From NCBI GenBank assembly GCA_951804945.1, contig OX638150.1:42966001-43030000 (forward strand): a stretch of 64,000 nt of DNA. The letters run 5' to 3'. The stretch is from Podarcis cretensis (Eukaryota). Positions 58,347 to 64,000 of this stretch are shown here, one piece after another. Position 1 is the stretch's first letter. The number at the start of each line of letters is the position of its first letter. The translations under genes were made by a program, and so were the position numbers. The notes below the pieces were generated by a model. It was given only the letters and a program-made list of their open reading frames with translations, was not told the DNA's origin and did not search any database.

Positions 58347-61300
58347 TGAATGAGGCATCTTGGTATTCTTGGTGCTGGTGTAGCGGGTGCTGGCATCATA
58401 GTCACCAAGAAAGGCACTAGGCAAGGCTTGGTACTGGCGGCCAGGCATGGACAGAGCCCTGAGAGAGCACAGGAAGAACTTCCGTGGACGCTTAACACTT
58501 CCAAGACTCTTCTTCTTCACCACCTACAAAAATGTCCAAGTCAAAGGATCAGATGGGGAAATGTATGAGGGATATGCTGGTTTCCTTACCCCCTGCCCTC
58601 CTCCCCATACTTGCCAGTTTCTTTCCAAACCCATTGGCTTTCTCAGCCATTTGGATTCTCTGGTGATTGTCACACAGGTGGCCAGGCTTCTCAAGGCTTA
58701 TGCTTTATGCTCCCCAAAAGGCCACTGAGACCAATTGTAAGCATTTTCTCAAAATATATCCCAAGTTTAGCAGTAACCTCTCATTTGAAAAAATCCCTAC
58801 CTGGGCAGACATGTTCCCACTTTGATGATACGATGTTGCAGTGATGGTCTGGGATGATATATGCTGAGAGAGAAACATAATTAGACAACGTAGTCAGCAA
58901 GACAGGCCCCAACAAAAATGTTGCTCTACCTCAGGACAAGAGCCTCCTGGACAGTCTGGGCCATCCCCATGGAGCTTGCTGAATTTTTTGTTTAGAAATA
59001 TATAGTGTTAATTCAGATCAGTATAGTCGTATAGATCTTGATGTTTTATTTCAGAACATCATAACTGTATATAAATTAACTGAATAGTTATCAGGGACAG
59101 GGCCTTTTCTGTGGTGGCATCTGTGAAAACACTTGCACAATCTTTTCACAGCATCCTGTGTTTGACATATCCTCTCTAGGACTTGGCTGGCTTTGAAAAA
59201 AACCGTAAAAAAAAAATCCAGAGAGCTTTTGGGTGATTTTATGGCACTGCATTTTAATAATGAGTTTATCTTCTGGTATTGTTTTTAATGTTACTGAATG
59301 TTGTTGTTGCTTCATCTTATTGTTTAATATATTTCTAATACCTCCTGCTGTTGTTTTGTTGTCACCCTGGGAGGGTGAACACCCAGGGGTTGCCAACTTT
59401 TTTGAACTTCAGGACACATTTGTAATTTTGATAAAGGGATGTGGGTAGCAGTTGCAAAATAGCTGCCATGCAGTGTGTGGCATATCACAAAGTGGCTATT
59501 GTCGGGCATGACACATCACAAAATGTCTGTCACTTCTAAAAGAGCAGGAGAAGAGACACAACCAAAAAATTGTGCAGAGAAGACTAATTCAAAAATGTTT
59601 GTAACATGGGCATGTAAAGATCCAAGCATATTCCAGAAACCTCCTTCGCCACCAAAAAAAGTGAGTTTGTACTGAATTACCTAGACACTAGGGATACTGA
59701 AGTACTTTGGCATGGTTTTTATACTTGATGTTCAACAAGCACGGTCAAATCACAGATCACATTTGTCTCAATGGACTGAAATATAAGAATCAGAGATCCA
59801 GCGCATCCCATGCCACAGATTTGTCAATTCTTATTATTTTCTCATCTGCTCCAAACCACAATAAAATCTGAGTCCACACCTACAAATTCTATATGTCTAT
59901 AGGTTTCTCTTGGGGGGCGGGCGGTGTCCTTGTAAAGATCACAAAGATCCATATGGCTCCACACCAGAGATTTGAGTTGGCACTAAAGAGCAACTTATCT
60001 GTAATTTTTATTTTCTTAAAGTTCATTGAGACAGATGTGTTCTGTGCCTGATGGCTGCATTGGGACATATCTTGTGTGAAGATCATTCTTGTGAAAGAGA
60101 AGTTTTCATGTGAAGCTATACTGCATGAATAGAGTTCAGGTAAGTTCAGGGTGGAGGGGGCACAGGGCTGCCTTCATTCTATTGAATACACACACACACA
60201 CACACACAAACACCCTGGTCAATTGGTGAAAATGAAGGAGAAATCCTGAAGCCAGTAACATATCACTTTCACAGGGAAGAAGGGCAAACCAATGGGAAAG
60301 TGCCATAGCAGGCATCTACTTTGAGTGCAGAAGGTCTTGGGTTCATTCCCTGGCATCTCCAGGTAAGGGGTGGAAGTGTCCTCAGTGCGAAACCACAGCC
60401 AAACAGCATAGTAGACAATACTGAGCCAAATATACCAATGGCTGGAGCTGGTACAAGGCAACTTCTAACCGTCCTAAGTGAGGCATGCCCCAGAGATTCC
60501 AGCAACCCTTTTAAAGAAAAAGTGACCATTGGGGGGCAAGCAAGCACTCAAGCTATGTGGAGGCAAGCCAGTGGGTGGGAATCTACCCTGCCGTCTCCAG
60601 CACCCCCTTTCTAAAATGTGAACAAACAACTGTTCACTCTGGAACAGGAGAAGCAGCTTCTGTGAAGGCAGCCAAGCAAAGGGGGTCCCCCCTGGCAGTG
60701 GCGTAGCGTGGGGGGTGCAGGGGGGCCCGGCCGCACCGGGCGCAACATCTGGGGGTTAGGGGTAGGGGTAGGGTTAGGGGGTGAAAATCCACGGGTTAGG
60801 GGGCGCAAATTACTTGCCTTGCCCTGGGTGCTGACAACCCACGCTACGCCACTGCCCCCTGGCACTACCTCAAGTGTAAACAAAGAACTAAACCCCCTTC
60901 TTCAGGTTTGTTTTTTTAAAGTCCCTTCAGCCAGGCCCAAAACACCACTTTGGGCAAGTGCTCAGTACTGCAGCTGCTGGCATGAGGTGGGCCTCACAAG
61001 TTCTGACATTGTCCCCTCAAACCTCTATGTACCACGGTCACCATGGCTTGCTTACCAAAGCCTAGTGGTGCCTCTTCTCCAAGTGAAGTCTCTGTTGCAT
61101 CGAGACAAGAGGGGAGGCATCCAATCACAGCCACGACCCACTATTCCCGGCATCCAATCAAAACTGAGTATTGCAAATGGGCGTGCTCAGGCCCACTCTA
61201 GGCCTAGCCAAAGAGACATACACCAAAGAGAATTGAAGTAGGCACTGCAGTAGGGCTTGGTGGGGGCACTGGTGCCCATGGGCAGGGCATTGGTAAACCA

Positions 61301-63006
61301 GGGCCGCATAAGAGTGGGATTTTTAAAGTATGTTGAATGAAATTTAAATTTAAATATACCACAGCTCTGTAACATCTTATATTTTCAAAACATTGAGCTG
61401 GCACTGTGTAAATAAAAAAAAAAGGCGTTTATGTACTCACCCACCTTAAGCCAGGATTTGATACCCACAGTCCCATCTGTTTTGAGCAGAGGAGACATCA
61501 AAAGAAGCTCTCTCTGTGAACAAGTGCAGTGGTAGCTCATGTTGGTGCTCTCCCCCACCCCCAGCTGATGAGGCACCATTCTTTTTCTTTTACTGCTCTT
61601 TTGGATGTGGCAGCCATTTTGCATTACGCCACAGCTATTTTGCGATTGGCACACATGGCATTTTCTCAATATTCCAAATGCGCTCATTGGTCCCAAAAGG
61701 TTGGCCAGTTATATCCCAGGGGGTAGCTAAACCCCAGGTCCAATCCAGAACATTCTGTGATGTCAAAATTCTCCTGGTAATTTAAATTCCTGCAGGGAAT
61801 TGATCCATTAGATCTTTTAGCAAAGCTTGGATCACTTAACCAGCTAATAAAATATTTCTTCAGGATCTTACCTGGTTGCAAATGGATGCATGCACAGGAA
61901 CTGTCTATAAAACGAATCAAAACACCACGCAATCTGCATTTATTTATGAAAATGTTTATACTATATTCTACATTTTTGTCTTTGCAAAAGACGCAAGTAG
62001 CTAACAAAACCTAGCCAGATGGGCAGGGTATAAATTTTTTATTATCAACATCTTATTAAAAAGTTTAACTCTCTTTTCTGTCTGTACAGATGCTCTTAGT
62101 CAAAAGTATATCATATTAGTCAAGATACACCCCTGAACACATTTGTCATGGCTGTATTGTGTAAGAAGTCAATGTAAAATAATGTGTTCTTTACTGATAG
62201 CTTTCTAACATCTGCTAAATGCAGTAATATTGCTGTCCAAGAATCTTTTTATGTTGTGTTTGAGAAAACATAGCTATTATTATGATCACACCAGAGAAGG
62301 TTTTGCAGTTTTAAGATAACTGAAACATATTCGTGTGAGCATGTAATTTTTGCATTATAAAGAACAGGTAATTGCTAGAGGAAGTTGGTGAGGAAAGCCT
62401 GCGAAGAGACAGCAAACATGTTTTTTACCTGTAGACGTGATACAGAACAGGTAAATATGAGAGGTAATGTGAAAAGAAGGGAAATCAAGAAACTGTACCC
62501 TAATGGTGCTAATGGAGCAAATACGTAAGTGTGACATCACATTTCCACCATCTTATCTGCAACCTTGACATTATCAGCACCATATTTATCTGTAGGAACT
62601 GAGGAAGCTGCCTTATAGCAGATGAGAAACTATTTGTCCATCTAGCCTGCATTACCCATTATGGCAGGCAGCAGCTTCCCAGCAGAGAAGCCTCTTTTAA
62701 ATGGAGATGCCATTTGTACCTTTGGTTTGCAAAGCACATACTTCACCGCTGACTGAACTATAGTCCCTTCCCTTAAAAGAGAAAGCATTTTCCTACAGAT
62801 ACCTATAGTCTTTGCCATTTCCTTCCCTTTGGGTGTGTGATGTACTTTATGAGTGGGAAAAGGCACACCAGAACTAGTTTGCCTTTCTAAACCTGATGGA
62901 GAAATTCTAATGACTTCACATACACCCATCGCCTGCCCATTTGTTCTTCTCGCTTACCTGAGATGCTCACATCCACTACTTGTAGACCGTCCTCTGCTAT
63001 CTCCAT
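58347..63006 (-). CDS. Candidate alternative 4-exon 5' coding leader for PCP2
   Basis: Exon-like segments 62958-63006, 61872-61904, 61445-61476 and 58347-58523 with canonical splice sites. Together 291 nt, open, ending in phase 0. No homology evidence is available to me. Confidence 0.4.
60696..60854. mobile_element. hAT MITE with G-rich, telomere-like interior
   Basis: 17-bp TIR CAGTGGCGTAGCGTGGG / CCCACGCTACGCCACTG; 8-bp TSD CCCCCTGG (60688-60695, 60855-60862). Confidence 0.85.
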
Positions 63007-63126
63007 TTCCTTGCGCTATCAGATGCAGGGCGGATGGAGTTTCGTGGCCCCTGGAGCCTTGTTAGCACTAGCACCAGTGCATTTGCCAACTTAGCCAAAG
63101 CAAGTTTCTATGGCACCTGACTCCTC

Positions 63127-63255
63127 NNNNNNNNNNNNNNNNNNNNNNNNNNNNNNNNNNNNNNNNNNNNNNNNNNNNNNNNNNNNNNNNNNNNNNNNNN
63201 NNNNNNNNNNNNNNNNNNNNNNNNNNNNNNNNNNNNNNNNNNNNNNNNNNNNNNN
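63127..63255. other. Assembly gap (129 N)
   Basis: Run of N characters. Confidence 1.
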
Positions 63256-63388
63256 AGAGAAAAAAACTGGTCTTCAATGGTCTTGAAAAGGAAGGTATGA
63301 AAGATAAAGAATTCCCCTATTGAAGCAGAGAATAACTTGAGTTGGAAACTCCTCTTGCACTGAAGGAGGGCAGTGTCAGCCAAAAGAG

Positions 63389-63390
<2 letters not shown>

Positions 63391-63451
<61 letters not shown>
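63391..63451. repeat. Compound (GT)n(GA)n microsatellite
   Basis: Directly visible in the sequence. Confidence 0.9.
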
Positions 63452-63538
63452 TGTTCAAGCACAACACACTCAGCTTTAGAATGTCAGGAGAACACCTGCT
63501 TTAGGGTGACAGTAGCATTTGAGGGAGTGCAACCCCAA

Positions 63539-63754
63539 GTGCAAGTAGATAAATAGGTACCACTGCAGCGGGAAGGTAAACGGCATTTCCGTGCGCTGCT
63601 CTGGTTTGCCAGAAGCGGCTTAGTCATGCTGGCCACATGACCCGGAAGCTGTCTGTGGACAAACGCCAGCTCCCTCGGCCTATAGAGCAAGATGAGCGCC
63701 GCAACCCCAGAGTCGGTCACAACTGGACCTAATGGTCCCTTTACCTTTACCTTT
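63539..63754 (+). mobile_element. 5'-truncated Sauria SINE
   Basis: Core plus (ACCTTT)n tail; direct repeat AACCCCAA (63531-63538, 63755-63762). Confidence 0.85.
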
Positions 63755-64000
63755 AACCCCAACACCAGGAAACTCAACTGGGATTTTTTTTAAGTGGGAG
63801 AGAACAGGAAGCTTGCCCTTAGTGGAAAAGCTGCAAGGGCCCCAACAGCCACAATGCAGGTGCAATTAAAATGGCTCCAAGTTGCTAGATCTATTTCTTC
63901 CCCACAGAATATTTGGTTTCTACTGAATGCATATGAAGCAAACATATTTGCCTTCAGCGCATCTCCCCCAACCGCCGAACACAGGATTTAGAACCATCAA

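Noticed and set aside
60751-60803. Interstitial telomere or chromosome-fusion scar
   Set aside because: Only a few imperfect TTAGGG units, all inside a TIR/TSD-bounded element.
60708-61241. 177-aa ORF
   Set aside because: Begins inside a G-rich MITE and has no protein-like features.
63256-64000. STXBP2, the expected next syntenic gene
   Set aside because: No CpG island or STXBP2-like exon is visible; it is presumably outside the window.

Overview
Vertebrate genomic DNA, most likely a lacertid-type lizard (inferred from Sauria SINEs and other squamate repeats). It carries the conserved CAMSAP3(+) / XAB2(-) / PET100(+) / PCP2(-) synteny block. I assembled the exons by hand, and all splice phases close with GT-AG introns: the last 12 coding exons of CAMSAP3, complete XAB2 (19 exons, 852 aa), complete PET100 (4 exons, 74 aa, sharing a CpG-island bidirectional promoter with XAB2) and PCP2/L7 (GoLoco protein). 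Two things stand out. (1) PCP2 appears modular: three candidate alternative starts all splice in phase 0 onto the first GoLoco exon. They are an ATG-only mini-exon with TATA and RORE, a KTEE/PEAA exon with TATA and paired TAATCT sites, and a 4-exon upstream leader encoding a Cys/polybasic N-terminus. A distal last exon encodes a third, degenerate GoLoco-like motif. (2) A Penelope-like insertion in a short CAMSAP3 intron puts a tandemly duplicated minimal hammerhead ribozyme in the sense strand, inside a perfect 70-bp hairpin. The rest is Sauria SINEs, Tc1/mariner and hAT MITEs with target-site duplications (TSDs), L1/L2/CR1 remnants, microsatellites and one assembly gap. Alternative exons and RNA structures are predictions from sequence only.
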